Positions 47,305-57,496 of a stretch of 64,000 nucleotides of DNA are shown piece after piece. Where the stretch lies: the NCBI GenBank assembly GCA_965223155.1, contig CBDCVR010000013.1:320001-384000 (forward strand), in the 5' to 3' direction. The translations under genes were made by a program, and so were the position numbers. The stretch is from Candidatus Multivoradales bacterium (GTDB lineage: Bacteria > Acidobacteriota > Thermoanaerobaculia > Multivoradales > JAHEKO01). The notes beneath the pieces are model-generated. The model saw only the letters and a list, made by a program, of their open reading frames with translations. It had not been told where the DNA came from and ran no database searches. Within the stretch, counting starts at the first letter, position 1. Each line of letters begins with the position of its first letter.

Positions 47305-48772
47305 GATCCATCAGCCAGCGCACGGTCAGGGCGACGCCGTAGCCGGTCGCGCCGAAGGTGCCCTTCTTCCCGCGCCCGACGTAGGCCGGCCCCGCGATGT
47401 CCAGATGAGCCCAGGCGCGATTCTTGACGAAGTTGGCTAGAAAGGCCGCCGCCGTGGAGGCTCCGCCCCAGCGTCCCCCGGTATTTCGCAGATCGGCGTG
47501 GCGGCCCTTCATGGCCCGGCTGAACTCGGGCCACAGCGGCAAGCGCCAGAGGTGTTCGCCGGCGGCGTCGGCCGCGGCCAAGAGCTCGGCGGCGAGATCG
47601 TCGTCGTGCGAGAAGATGCCGGCGCCGTCGGTTCCGAGGGCGACCACGCAGGCTCCCGTAAGGGTCGCGTAGTCCAGAATGACGTCCGCGCCCTCTTCGT
47701 CGGCGAGCGCCAGGGCGTCGGCCAGGAGCATCCGCCCTTCGGCGTCGGTATTGGTGATCTCGACCGTGGTGCCGCTGTAGCAGCGAACCACGTCTCCGGG
47801 GCGGTAGGCAGCCCCGTCGGGCATGTTCTCGGCGAGCGGCAGATAGGCCCGGAACCGGTACGGAAGCTCGAGGAGCGAAGCGGCCTTGGCCACACCCAGG
47901 ACGGTGCAGGCGCCGGTCTTGTCGAATTTCATCTCATCCATGGCCGCGGAGGGTTTGATCGAGATGCCGCCGGTGTCAAAGGTCACGCCCTTCCCCACCA
48001 GCGCCACGCTCGAGCTGCCTTCGCCCCACTCCAGGATGGCCAGACGGGGCGCGTTGCGCGAGCCCTTGCCGACGGCGAGGATGCCGCCCATGCCCTGTTC
48101 GTCGAGCTCTTCCGGCCCCAGAATGCGACAGCTCATACCCGCGGACTCGGCCAGGGCCCGGGCGGACTCGGCCATCCACTCGGGAGTGGCCTCGTTGGGG
48201 GGCGTGTTGGCGAGATCCCGGGTCAGGGCCATGCCCTCGGCGACGGCCATGGCGGTGCTTCGCGCCCGGACGTGGAGCGCCTCGTCGTCCGGATGGCCCA
48301 GGATGCGGACCCGGGCGAGCGGGCGCGGCCGGGTCCGGTCGGGCTTGGAGCGGAACTCCTCGAACCGGTACCGCGAGGCGGCAACGGCCCGAAAGGCGCT
48401 CTCCACCGCCGACTCGCGCCGGCAGACGTCGTGAGACGGGAACTGGACCAGCGCCGAGCGGTATCCGTCCCGGGCCGCGCGGCTGAGAGCCGTTCGGAAG
48501 TGGCGGACCAGCTTGGCGCGATCGAAGGCCTTGGCCGAGCCCAGCCCCTGGACCACCACGGTCGGTGTGCCCGGAGCCGAGGTGCGCGACTCGGTTCGCT
48601 GTCCCAGCCGGCCCGAGAAGCCCTTGCGCTCGGCCAGCCGGATCGCGGCCCGGCCGATCGCCTTGGGCAGACCGGCGACATTCGGCGCCTTCCGCTCGAA
48701 ACAGCCTACGACGTAGACGTCGGCCTTGGTGTCGTTGGGCTTGGCGATTTGGATCTTGGTTACCTTGGACAT
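47294..48772 (-). CDS. pepA: Leucyl aminopeptidase (M17)
   Basis: VGKGVTFDTGG, MKFDK, NTDAEGRMLLAD, ATLTGA, WAHLDIAG. Confidence 0.96.
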   Translation of the reverse strand: MSKVTKIQIAKPNDTKADVYVVGCFERKAPNVAGLPKAIGRAAIRLAERKGFSGRLGQRTESRTSAPGTPTVVVQGLGSAKAFDRAKLVRHFRTALSRAARDGYRSALVQFPSHDVCRRESAVESAFRAVAASRYRFEEFRSKPDRTRPRPLARVRILGHPDDEALHVRARSTAMAVAEGMALTRDLANTPPNEATPEWMAESARALAESAGMSCRILGPEELDEQGMGGILAVGKGSRNAPRLAILEWGEGSSSVALVGKGVTFDTGGISIKPSAAMDEMKFDKTGACTVLGVAKAASLLELPYRFRAYLPLAENMPDGAAYRPGDVVRCYSGTTVEITNTDAEGRMLLADALALADEEGADVILDYATLTGACVVALGTDGAGIFSHDDDLAAELLAAADAAGEHLWRLPLWPEFSRAMKGRHADLRNTGGRWGGASTAAAFLANFVKNRAWAHLDIAGPAYVGRGKKGTFGATGYGVALTVRWLMDRAG

Positions 48773-49025
48773 CGAAGGGATCTCCTATTGGGTGCTCTGG
48801 CTGAAGGCCTCCTGGCGATCCATCGCGGACGGTCCCGGCCGCTCGTCAACGCCGCAATACCGAGGCGCGAAACCGGCCCGTCGTGAGGTCGATCGCCGGG
48901 CGCAGTCTAGCAGCCGCACAGGCCAGGTTCCTCGGTGTCGCAGCCGTCAGGTCGAGCCCCGGGGCGCCGTTTCGGCAGCGAGCGTTATAGAGTCCGGTGG
49001 GCGCCCCAACCGTCCCCCCTCAGCC

Positions 49026-51098
49026 ATGTACACGAAGGAGCTCGACCGGCTGTTCCTGGGCCACCGGACATTTCTGTCCGCCGGTACCGAGGACTTCGGC
49101 CTGGTGATCGGAGTCCAGGACCGGCGGCTGCCGTTGCCGCTCAGGATCTTCCTGGATGACGAGGAAGCCACGCCGGTACGCGGCTTTCCGGTGCTCCACA
49201 ACGCCAAGACCGTGCTGCTCCGCTCCGGCTTCGAGCGCTTTGTCGCCACCATGATCGATTACGAGGCGGCGCGGGCGCAGGGCGCCCCGCTAGGCTCCGG
49301 CAGTGCCACCGCGGGCTGGAGCGAGTACCGCGATGAGCTGCGGCTGGCTCTTTCGAACGCCGTCCGATCCAGTTTCGGGCGTGGGTACCCCAGCATCTTC
49401 TGGCTTTACCACTCGATTGTGGTCTCCCGGGGCATGAAGGAGATTCCCCGGCGGCTCCTCCAGTCCCATCCGGCGATCGGCAAGACCCAGGGCCCGGCGA
49501 TCAAGTACCGGGTCTTCCAGCGCTATCTCGATCTGGTGCTGAACGAGACCTACGACATCGTCAACCAGGTGGCCGTCGATCTGGAAGAGCCTGAAGAAGA
49601 GCTCTTCCCCAACGTCCTCGAGCGCATGCGCGACAACGTGCTGATCCTCACCGAGGACCACATCAGCCCCGATCTGCGCGAGCTGGACACTTACTTCAGC
49701 GGCTATCTCAATGCCGACGGATTGGACTTTCGGAAGCGCTTTTCACGGCTCACCGAGTGGCACTTGCGGGCGCTCGAAAAGGATCCGGATCTTCGCGGCA
49801 TGGTGCGCAGCTTCCTCGGCATCGACGAGTTCGCCAACCCCTGGACTCTGCTCATCCGTCCGGGCTACGTCAAATTCCTGTCAACCCGGCCCAGGTACAC
49901 CGCCGACAAGCTGCTGCGTCCGCGAGATCTGGAGCTTTGGGACCACCTGCTCGAGCGCTTGAAGGAGTTCGAGATCCTGGCGGGCCTGCGCCGCTACGTG
50001 GTTCCGGTCAGCACCCGCGGTCACGAGCTGACGGCCCCTGCCGCGACCCTGCGCAGTCGGACGGCGGGCTCGCGAGAGGTGACCCTGTCGGGGACCACCC
50101 GGCCGATGGATTTCGCCTCCTCCTGGGTTGTGGACCCGCTGGTCCATCGTTTCGGTCTCATCTACGACATCACCGATTTTTCGTTCGTGGTCTCGGTGCT
50201 GCGCCGATCCGGCTCGGCCGACCAGGATGCCTCCTTCCGGCGCATCTACAGCTTCCAGCGCCAGATCGACAAGCTCGCCAGCAGCCGCCGGCTAAAGCTC
50301 GAAAAGTACCTGGGGGACGGGGCCTTCTATTCTGGCCGGCATCCCACCCTGCTGGTAGGCGCGGCGCTGCGTCTTCAGCGCTTCTACAAGGAAGTGCTGG
50401 ACGAAGACTTCCCCTTCGACCGGGGCCTGCGCATCGCCCTCAACCACGGTCCGTACCGGCTGCTGCCCATCCAGGGCGCGGGCCGGCGCCGCCAGTACGA
50501 GTTCTTCGGTCACGGCATCGTCGAGCTGAGCCGCCTGGTGAGCGGCAAGACCACCCACGAGATCGACGAGATGAAGGCGCTGCTGGTGCAGAACGGATAC
50601 CCCGCCCGCGAGGTGGACCGCTTCTTCGCTCCGGTGATGCGCAAGACGGGCGCGACCCTGACGCCGTCGGCCCAGCGCAGCGACTTCCGGGCCTTCATCA
50701 ACGCCTCCGGCGAGCTCATCAACGAAGGCATCGTGATGACCGAGGCTTTTGTGACCGAGATCGCCGCCAAGGCGGAGAGCGGTCTTCTCGGAATCCTCGG
50801 CGTCGCTCGCAGCGTCGAGGCCGAGTATCTGGTGTGCGAGGTGGAAGATCCCCAAGGGGCTCTGCGCTTCGGCTTGAGGCGGTTGGGCAAGGCCCGGCTG
50901 AAGGGCCTCGGAGACGTGGTCGTCTTCGAGGTCCGCGACGCAACCGACTTTGCCGGTACCGACCTCCAGGCTCCACCTGAGGCCGGTCTTCTCGATACAC
51001 TCGCGCGCCTGTACGCCGACGCCGCCCGCGGCGCGGCCTCTAGCAACCAGCCCGGACCCGGTTCCGGTCCAGAATCCGAGGAGATCTCCGTACGATGA
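49026..51098 (+). CDS. 690-aa protein with a divergent C-terminal class III nucleotidyl-cyclase-like domain
   Basis: Ordered motifs LIYDITDFS, EKYLGDG, LRIALNHG, YEFFGHGIVELSRL, GIVMTE, LKGLG..VVFEV; stop overlaps the purC ATG. Confidence 0.7.
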   Translation: MYTKELDRLFLGHRTFLSAGTEDFGLVIGVQDRRLPLPLRIFLDDEEATPVRGFPVLHNAKTVLLRSGFERFVATMIDYEAARAQGAPLGSGSATAGWSEYRDELRLALSNAVRSSFGRGYPSIFWLYHSIVVSRGMKEIPRRLLQSHPAIGKTQGPAIKYRVFQRYLDLVLNETYDIVNQVAVDLEEPEEELFPNVLERMRDNVLILTEDHISPDLRELDTYFSGYLNADGLDFRKRFSRLTEWHLRALEKDPDLRGMVRSFLGIDEFANPWTLLIRPGYVKFLSTRPRYTADKLLRPRDLELWDHLLERLKEFEILAGLRRYVVPVSTRGHELTAPAATLRSRTAGSREVTLSGTTRPMDFASSWVVDPLVHRFGLIYDITDFSFVVSVLRRSGSADQDASFRRIYSFQRQIDKLASSRRLKLEKYLGDGAFYSGRHPTLLVGAALRLQRFYKEVLDEDFPFDRGLRIALNHGPYRLLPIQGAGRRRQYEFFGHGIVELSRLVSGKTTHEIDEMKALLVQNGYPAREVDRFFAPVMRKTGATLTPSAQRSDFRAFINASGELINEGIVMTEAFVTEIAAKAESGLLGILGVARSVEAEYLVCEVEDPQGALRFGLRRLGKARLKGLGDVVVFEVRDATDFAGTDLQAPPEAGLLDTLARLYADAARGAASSNQPGPGSGPESEEISVR

Positions 51099-51985
51099 GC
51101 GCCGTCTCGAGCACTGCTCTGCCCGGCCTGCCCGCTCCCAAGCGCGGCAAGGTCCGCGACATCTACGACCTGGGCGACACCCTGCTTCTGGTCGCGTGCG
51201 ACCGCATCTCCGCCTACGATCATGTCTTGAGCCCGGCCATCCCGGGTAAGGGCAAGATCTTGAACCAGCTCAGCAACTTCTGGTTCGAGCGCCTGAGGGA
51301 GACCGTGCCGAACCATCTCCTGGCGACGGAGTGGTCCGACTTCCCCGGCGAGCTCGCGGCCCACCGCGAGGTGCTCGAGGACCGCGCCGTGGTCGTGCGC
51401 AAGGCCGAAGTGGTTCCCTTCGAATGCGTGGTGCGCGGGTATCTGGCCGGCAGCGGCTTCAAGGAGTACGGCAACTCGGGCTCGGTCTGCGGGGTACCGC
51501 TGCCGGAGGGCTTGGTGCGGGCGGCAAAGCTCCCAGAGCCCATCTTCACTCCGGCCACCAAGGCCGAGACCGGTCACGATGAGAACGTCTCCTTCGAGGT
51601 CATGGCCGGAGCCCTTGGCGACGAGCTCGCCGAAGACCTGCGCTCCAAGTCCCAGGCGATCTTCGCCGCTGGCAGCGAGGTCCTCGAGGCTTGTGGCCTC
51701 ATCCTGGCGGACACCAAGTTCGAGTTCGGCCATGTCGGCGAGGAGATCGTCCTGATCGATGAAGTGCTGACACCCGACTCGTCGCGCTTCTGGGAAGGTG
51801 TCGAGTGGCAGCCCGGCACCGAGCCGGTCTCGTTCGACAAGCAGTTCGTGCGCAACTGGCTGGACAAGAGCGGTTGGGACCACGAGTCGCCGCCGCCCGA
51901 GCTCCCGGACGAGATCGTCCAGGGCACGCTCGATCGCTACGTCGCCGCCTTCCGGCGAGTGACCGGCCGCGATCCCGTGCTGTAG
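51095..51985 (+). CDS. purC: Phosphoribosylaminoimidazole-succinocarboxamide (SAICAR) synthase
   Basis: GKVRDIY, DRISAYD, ECVVRGYLAGS, FTPATKA, ADTKFEFG, DEVLTPDSSRFW, SFDKQFVR. Confidence 0.99.
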   Translation: MSAVSSTALPGLPAPKRGKVRDIYDLGDTLLLVACDRISAYDHVLSPAIPGKGKILNQLSNFWFERLRETVPNHLLATEWSDFPGELAAHREVLEDRAVVVRKAEVVPFECVVRGYLAGSGFKEYGNSGSVCGVPLPEGLVRAAKLPEPIFTPATKAETGHDENVSFEVMAGALGDELAEDLRSKSQAIFAAGSEVLEACGLILADTKFEFGHVGEEIVLIDEVLTPDSSRFWEGVEWQPGTEPVSFDKQFVRNWLDKSGWDHESPPPELPDEIVQGTLDRYVAAFRRVTGRDPVL

Positions 51986-52101
51986 CCTGACGGTCTTCTC
52001 CTCCCATCGTTACCGCGAGGCCGCATCTTGCTGAGATCTACTGGGGTGTCTTGGCGCTCTGCTCCTCAACGTAACGACAGTTGCGCCCGCGGTCCTCGCT
52101 C

Positions 52102-52246
52102 CAGGCTCGGCCGGATTGTCGAGATGCGGTTCTTCGCGGGTCTCTCGGTCGAGGAGACGGCGAGGCTCCTGGACGCCTCACCGAGCAACGTCGAGCACGA
52201 CTAGCGCAAGCCGCGTGCCTTTCTCATCATCTACCGGGAGCTGTGA
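52102..52246 (+). pseudogene. Region-4 remnant of an ECF sigma factor (TIGR02999-like)
   Basis: RIVEMRFFAGLSVEETARLLDASPSNVEHD*RKPRAFLIIYREL*; in-frame TAG at 52202 where Trp is expected; no region 2. Confidence 0.75.
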
Positions 52247-52390
52247 GTCTTTGGCGAGAATCCAGAGGGTCGTTGGTGAATCTGAACGCTCAGGGTCTCG
52301 CCATTTCGTAATGCTAGACTTTTTCAGACCTCGTTTCCGTTGCTCGAACAGCACGCCGGCCTCGAAGCCGGCTCTCGGCTCTCGGCTCTG

Positions 52391-54820
52391 ATGATCGGTT
52401 CGACCGTCTCTCATTACAAGATCCTCGCCAAGCTCGGAGGCGGCGGCATGGGGGTGGTCTACGAGGCCGAAGACCAGGTGCTCGGCCGCAAGGTGGCGCT
52501 CAAGTTTCTGCCCGACGAGCTGGCCGAGGACACGGACGCTCTGGCGCGGTTCGAGCGCGAGGCGCGAGCGGCCTCGGCGCTCAACCATCCCCACATCTGC
52601 GTCATCCATGCCATGGGAGAGGAGGACGGCCGGTCTTTTATCGTCATGGAGCTGATGGAGGGGCAGACCCTCAAATACCTGTCCGCGGGTGAGCCCATGG
52701 AGATCGGCCGGCTGGTACGGATCGGCGCCCAGGTGGCGGATGCCCTCGAAGCCGCCCACGGCGCGGGGGTCATCCACCGGGACATCAAGCCGGCCAACCT
52801 TTTTGTCACTTCCCGCGGTGACGCCAAGATGCTGGATTTCGGCCTCGCCAAGGTCAGCGAAGAGCGGGCGCGCCGCGAGTCGCGGGAGGCCGAGACCGAC
52901 CTCGAGACCATGCTGGCACCGGATGACTTGACCGCCCCCGGAACGTCGATGGGCACGATCGGCTACATGTCGCCCGAGCAGGTGCGGGGCGAGGAGATCG
53001 ATCACCGAACCGATCTCTTCTCGCTGGGTGTGGTGCTCTACGAGCTCGGCACCGGCAAGCCGCCGTTTGCCGGCACGACCTCCGGGGTGGTCTTCGATCA
53101 GATCCTCAACAAGGCCCCGATCCCGGCCGGGCGCATCAACCCCGAGCTGCCCGACGAGCTCGGGCACATCCTCGACAAGGCTCTGGAGAAGGACAAGTCA
53201 CTCCGCTACCAGAGCGCCTCCGAGCTCAAGGCGGACCTGCTGCGCCTCGAACGGGACTCGACCGTGGCGATCACGGCGCCGGTCACCGTGGCGGCCGAGC
53301 CGTCGCGCGCGCCCTCGCGCAAGGGCCTCTGGATAGCTCTCGGCGCGGCAGCGTTGGCCGCGGTCCTGGCGGGGGGGCTGTTTTTGGGTAGGAAGACCGA
53401 CCCGGCCGGCGGAACCAGAGATCAGCCGGCAGTTGCCGCACCCTCGCCGGCTTATAGCGATTCCGCGTCTATCGCGGTGTTGCCCTTTGTCGACATGAGC
53501 CCGGCCAAGGACCAGGAGTACTTTGCCGACGGCCTCACCGAGGAGTTGTTGAACGTCCTGGTTCAGATTCGCGACCTCAAGGTAGCCGGACGGACGTCGT
53601 CGTTTCACTACAAGGGGCGCACCGAGGATCTGCGGGTGATCGGTGAGACGCTGGGCGTGGCGTCGATCCTCGAGGGGAGCGTGCGCAAGGCCGGCGACCG
53701 GATTCGCATCACCGCCCAGCTCATCAATGCGGCTGATGGTTTCCACCTCTGGTCCGAGAGCTACGATCGGACGCTCGACGACATCTTTGCGGTCCAGGAC
53801 GACATCGCCGCCTCGGTGGCGGAGGCGCTCGAGGTCGAGCTGTTCGGCGGTGGGACGAGCGAGTCCGAAAAGAGCACCCCGAGCGCCGAGGTCCACAACC
53901 TCGTTCTGCAGAGCGTGCACTTCGCAAGGCGCTTTACCGAGCCCAGCCTGGCCAAGGCGGCCGAGTACTTGGAAGAAGCACTGGCGCTCGACTCCGAACA
54001 CGCCCCGGCTTGGGCCGCTCTGGCGAGCGTTCGGCATCTCCAGGCCGGCCAGGCATACATCCCCATGGGCGAAGGCGTCCGGCTGGCGCGGCAAGCGGCC
54101 ACCCGCGCGGTCGAGCTGGACCCGGACCTGGCCGAGGGCTGGCTCGCTCTGGGCGAGCTCAAGACGAGTTTTGACTGGGATTGGGCCGGCGCCGAGTCGG
54201 CGTTTGACCGAGCCCGCTCGCTGGCCCCCGGCAACGCGGATGTTCTCACCGGAGCCGCCAGTCTTCTCGCGAAGCTGGGCCGTCTCGAGGAAGCGATCGA
54301 GATCGGCCGGCGAGCGGTCGAGCTCGACCCGCTCAACGGCGGACCCCGCTTCCGGCTGGCGGCGATCTTGAGCGGCGCGCGGCGCTGGGAGGGAGCGGAA
54401 ACCCAGTACCGAAAGCTCCTGGAGCTGAACCCGGACGTCCCGGTTGTTCACACCAGCCTGGCCGCCATCGAGCTGGGGCGGTCGCGTCCCGAGGCGGCGC
54501 TCGAGGAAGTCGAGCAGGAGACCTCGCCGGTATGGCGAACGATCGGGTTGGCGTTTGTCTACCATGACTTGGGGCGCTCGGAAGAGGCCGATACGGCGTT
54601 GGAGCAAATCAAGGAAGAGCACGGAGATAACGCGGCGTTTCAGATCGCGGCGGTCCACGCATACCGCAACGAGCCCGACGCGGCCTTCGAGTGGCTCGAG
54701 CGCGGGTACGTGCACCGCGACCCCGGGGTGGCGTCGGTCAAAACGGCTCCGGCTCTCGCGAGCCTCCACGACGATCCCCGCTGGGCGGCTTTTCTCCGCA
54801 AGATGGGTCTGCCGGAGTAA
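52391..54820 (+). CDS. Hanks-type Ser/Thr kinase with TM, TolB-N-like and TPR domains
   Basis: [38 protein letters not shown]; [11 protein letters not shown]...[11 protein letters not shown]; TPR helices. Confidence 0.95.
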   Translation: MIGSTVSHYKILAKLGGGGMGVVYEAEDQVLGRKVALKFLPDELAEDTDALARFEREARAASALNHPHICVIHAMGEEDGRSFIVMELMEGQTLKYLSAGEPMEIGRLVRIGAQVADALEAAHGAGVIHRDIKPANLFVTSRGDAKMLDFGLAKVSEERARRESREAETDLETMLAPDDLTAPGTSMGTIGYMSPEQVRGEEIDHRTDLFSLGVVLYELGTGKPPFAGTTSGVVFDQILNKAPIPAGRINPELPDELGHILDKALEKDKSLRYQSASELKADLLRLERDSTVAITAPVTVAAEPSRAPSRKGLWIALGAAALAAVLAGGLFLGRKTDPAGGTRDQPAVAAPSPAYSDSASIAVLPFVDMSPAKDQEYFADGLTEELLNVLVQIRDLKVAGRTSSFHYKGRTEDLRVIGETLGVASILEGSVRKAGDRIRITAQLINAADGFHLWSESYDRTLDDIFAVQDDIAASVAEALEVELFGGGTSESEKSTPSAEVHNLVLQSVHFARRFTEPSLAKAAEYLEEALALDSEHAPAWAALASVRHLQAGQAYIPMGEGVRLARQAATRAVELDPDLAEGWLALGELKTSFDWDWAGAESAFDRARSLAPGNADVLTGAASLLAKLGRLEEAIEIGRRAVELDPLNGGPRFRLAAILSGARRWEGAETQYRKLLELNPDVPVVHTSLAAIELGRSRPEAALEEVEQETSPVWRTIGLAFVYHDLGRSEEADTALEQIKEEHGDNAAFQIAAVHAYRNEPDAAFEWLERGYVHRDPGVASVKTAPALASLHDDPRWAAFLRKMGLPE

Positions 54821-55150
54821 GAGCCAGTCCGGGCCGCTCTGTCCGCTACTCGCCGGCTTCGCCCAGTTCGGAGCGGAGCTCCTGGAACGTGGCGACGCCT
54901 ACTTGATCTTCTCCGGCGAGACCGAAGTGGAATAGCGGTGGCGGCCAGCTTTCGGAGGCCTCGGACGGCGGGTATGTCCTGCTCGACCCGGAGAGTGGTG
55001 ACGAAGTGTCATTGCGAGGCCAGGAGGCGGCTCTCGCCGAGTACTTGGGATCCGCGGTCGCCGTGACCGGCTGCCGGGTCGAAGACGACGAGGCCGGTCC
55101 GTACTTCGCGGTCTCGGCGGCCGAGGCTCAAGAGGCCTGCCAGAAAGGCC

Positions 55151-56611
55151 CTAGCCGGGCGGCCGGATCGAGCCCAGCAGGAACTTCAAGTCGTCATCGT
55201 TCCAGCGCAGGCCCGCGCCCAGGAACACGGACTCCCGATCCTCCTCCAAGAGATCGTCCACGCCGCCGACGATGTAGGCGTTGGGATGGACGTTCCAGCG
55301 GGTGGTCAGGCGCAGGCGTGGCTCCAGGTCGTCCTCCCGGCTGAACTGGAAGGCCTCGACCGAGAACAGCACGCGCTCGTCGAAGAGCTTGTAGTCGAAG
55401 GCGGCGCCGCCGCTCGACTCGAACAGGCCGGCGCGGAACTGGCTCTTGCCCAGCTCGAAGCCGACCTGGGCCGAGATCACCTCATCGTCGTCGCTGGTCA
55501 CGGTCTTGCGGGTCGTGGTCTCGCTCATCCCGGCGGCGTCGGTCACCGTGATCTCTTCCGTCCGGGTCGAGACGTCGCCGCGCGGATCGTCCACCAGACC
55601 CAAGCGATAGAAACGATTCGTGCTGGCTGAGTCCAGCCGGATCGCGAACTCGGTGCGGGAGTCCTCGGGCTCTTCGAGATAGTAGGCGTTGAGGTCGAGC
55701 TCGAGGCCGATACGGTTGACCCGGTCCAGGGTCTCCGAGAGTTGGCTCACTCCGGATTCGACGCTGTCGAGCGTTGCCACGAGCTGCTGGTGGGCCTCTT
55801 CGCTGTTCAGAAGCTTGCCGATCGTGCCCTCGCCCCGGGCGATCTTGTCGCTTACGCCCTCGAAGTCCTCGAGCGTGCTGCGCAGGCTTTCGCTGGCGGC
55901 GGCGAGTTGGCTCATGGCGCCCCGGGCGTCGCCGCGATTCTCTGCCAGCATGGTCTCGATCGTGGTCAGGACGTCGGCGGTCTGCTGGGAGATGCGCGGC
56001 AGCTCTTCGGCAAGCGCCAGGCTGAAGCGCTCGAAATTGGCCACCGTCCCGGCGATCTGGGCTTGATTGGCGAGCACCATTGCACGGATGGTCTCGGTGG
56101 TGGACTCGAGCGAGCGCACCAAATTCTTGACCGTGGCGCCTGTGGTCTCCGGATCCATGGCCTCGAGGGCCTCCCCCACCGCCAGGCTGATGTCGTTCAA
56201 ACGGGCCATGGCGTCGTCCCAACCCACGGGTGTCGAACCGGGCAGCACGATCGGCGGAGACAGCGGCATGGCGTCCACCGGACCGGGATCCAGCTCAACG
56301 TACTTGTCTCCGAGAAGTCCCATGTTGGCGATGGTCGCGGTCGCGCCCTGGCGCAGATCCACGGGACGCTCCAGGAGCAGCGATGCGTACGCTCGGTCGG
56401 CCTCGAGCCGAATGCCATCGACCCTGCCCACGCGCACGCCGGCGACCCGGACCGCGGCCTTGTCGTCGAGCCCGGCGACCGAATCGAAAGCCGCCTCGAT
56501 CCGGGTCTCGCCCTTGCGCAAGAGGTTCAGGTCTTCGATTCGAAGGATGAAATAGCCCAGGAGCACGAGCGCTACCGTGGCGAAGATTCCGACCTTGGCG
56601 GTGTTGGACAT
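55151..56611 (-). CDS. MlaD/MCE family lipid transport protein with long helical region and beta-rich C-terminus
   Basis: FDSVAGL..KAAVRVAGVRVGRV, GLLGDKYVEL, GEGTIGKLL. Confidence 0.92.
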   Translation of the reverse strand: MSNTAKVGIFATVALVLLGYFILRIEDLNLLRKGETRIEAAFDSVAGLDDKAAVRVAGVRVGRVDGIRLEADRAYASLLLERPVDLRQGATATIANMGLLGDKYVELDPGPVDAMPLSPPIVLPGSTPVGWDDAMARLNDISLAVGEALEAMDPETTGATVKNLVRSLESTTETIRAMVLANQAQIAGTVANFERFSLALAEELPRISQQTADVLTTIETMLAENRGDARGAMSQLAAASESLRSTLEDFEGVSDKIARGEGTIGKLLNSEEAHQQLVATLDSVESGVSQLSETLDRVNRIGLELDLNAYYLEEPEDSRTEFAIRLDSASTNRFYRLGLVDDPRGDVSTRTEEITVTDAAGMSETTTRKTVTSDDDEVISAQVGFELGKSQFRAGLFESSGGAAFDYKLFDERVLFSVEAFQFSREDDLEPRLRLTTRWNVHPNAYIVGGVDDLLEEDRESVFLGAGLRWNDDDLKFLLGSIRPPG

Positions 56612-56680
56612 GATGTTGGCTGTTCCTCCTGCTTGGGCTGCTGGGCCTGCAAGGCCCTGAATCGCCTGCCCGTTTCGATC

Positions 56681-57496
56681 CTACTGCGCCTCCGGCTCGA
56701 ACCCCTGATCGGAACCGGCGGCCAGCTCGGCTCCGACTTCCCGTCCACCAGCCGCGACCTGGCTCCGCCCCAGGAACGCCTGCACCCGGGGATCGTCGAG
56801 CCGGGCCAGCTCCTGAGGCGGCGCCCAGGCGATGACCTTGCCGCCATAGAGCATCCCCACCCGGTCGGCGATCTGGAAGACGCTCTCCATGTCGTGAGTG
56901 ATCGTGATCGTGGTCGAGCCCAGGGTCTCCTTGAGCTTGACGATAAGCTCGTCGATGACGTCCTTGGTCACCGGATCCAGTCCGGTCGTGGGCTCGTCGA
57001 AGAGGAGCACCGCGGGCCGGTGGGCAATGGCGCGCGCAAAGCCGACGCGACGGCGCATTCCGCCCGAGAGCTGTCCCGGAGTCTTGTGCTCGACCCCTTC
57101 GAGCCGCACCAGGGAGAGGCACTCTGCCACCCGCGCCCGACGCTCTTCGAGCGTGCCGATCTGCTGTCGCCGAAGCGGGAACTCGACGTTTTCGTAGACC
57201 GTCATCGAGTCGAACAGGGCCCCTTCTTGAAAGGCCATGCCGAAGCGCGAGCGGAAGCGGGTGAGCTCCTTGTTGTTGAGGCTGGCGAGATCCACCCGGT
57301 CCACCTCCACGGTCCCCTGGTCGGGCCGCAAGAGGCCGATCATGTGTTTCAGCAACACGCTCTTGCCGGTGCCGGAGCCGCCGATGATCACGGTCGCACG
57401 GCCGCGCGGGATGTCTAGATCCACCCCGTCCAGGACGACCTTGTCGCCGAAGGCCTTGTGGACGTCTCGCAGCCGGATGATGACGTCGTGGGGCAT
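56681..57496 (-). CDS. mlaF: MlaF-type ABC transporter ATPase
   Basis: GGSGTGKSV, FQEGALFDSMTV.ENV.FPL, LSGGMRRRV, DEPTTGLDP. Confidence 0.92.
   Translation of the reverse strand: MPHDVIIRLRDVHKAFGDKVVLDGVDLDIPRGRATVIIGGSGTGKSVLLKHMIGLLRPDQGTVEVDRVDLASLNNKELTRFRSRFGMAFQEGALFDSMTVYENVEFPLRRQQIGTLEERRARVAECLSLVRLEGVEHKTPGQLSGGMRRRVGFARAIAHRPAVLLFDEPTTGLDPVTKDVIDELIVKLKETLGSTTITITHDMESVFQIADRVGMLYGGKVIAWAPPQELARLDDPRVQAFLGRSQVAAGGREVGAELAAGSDQGFEPEAQ

Noticed and set aside
49026-51098. Pycsar/CBASS anti-phage system
   Set aside because: No adjacent cyclic-nucleotide-binding, TIR or TM effector gene; the context is core metabolic (pepA, purC) with genome-typical GC
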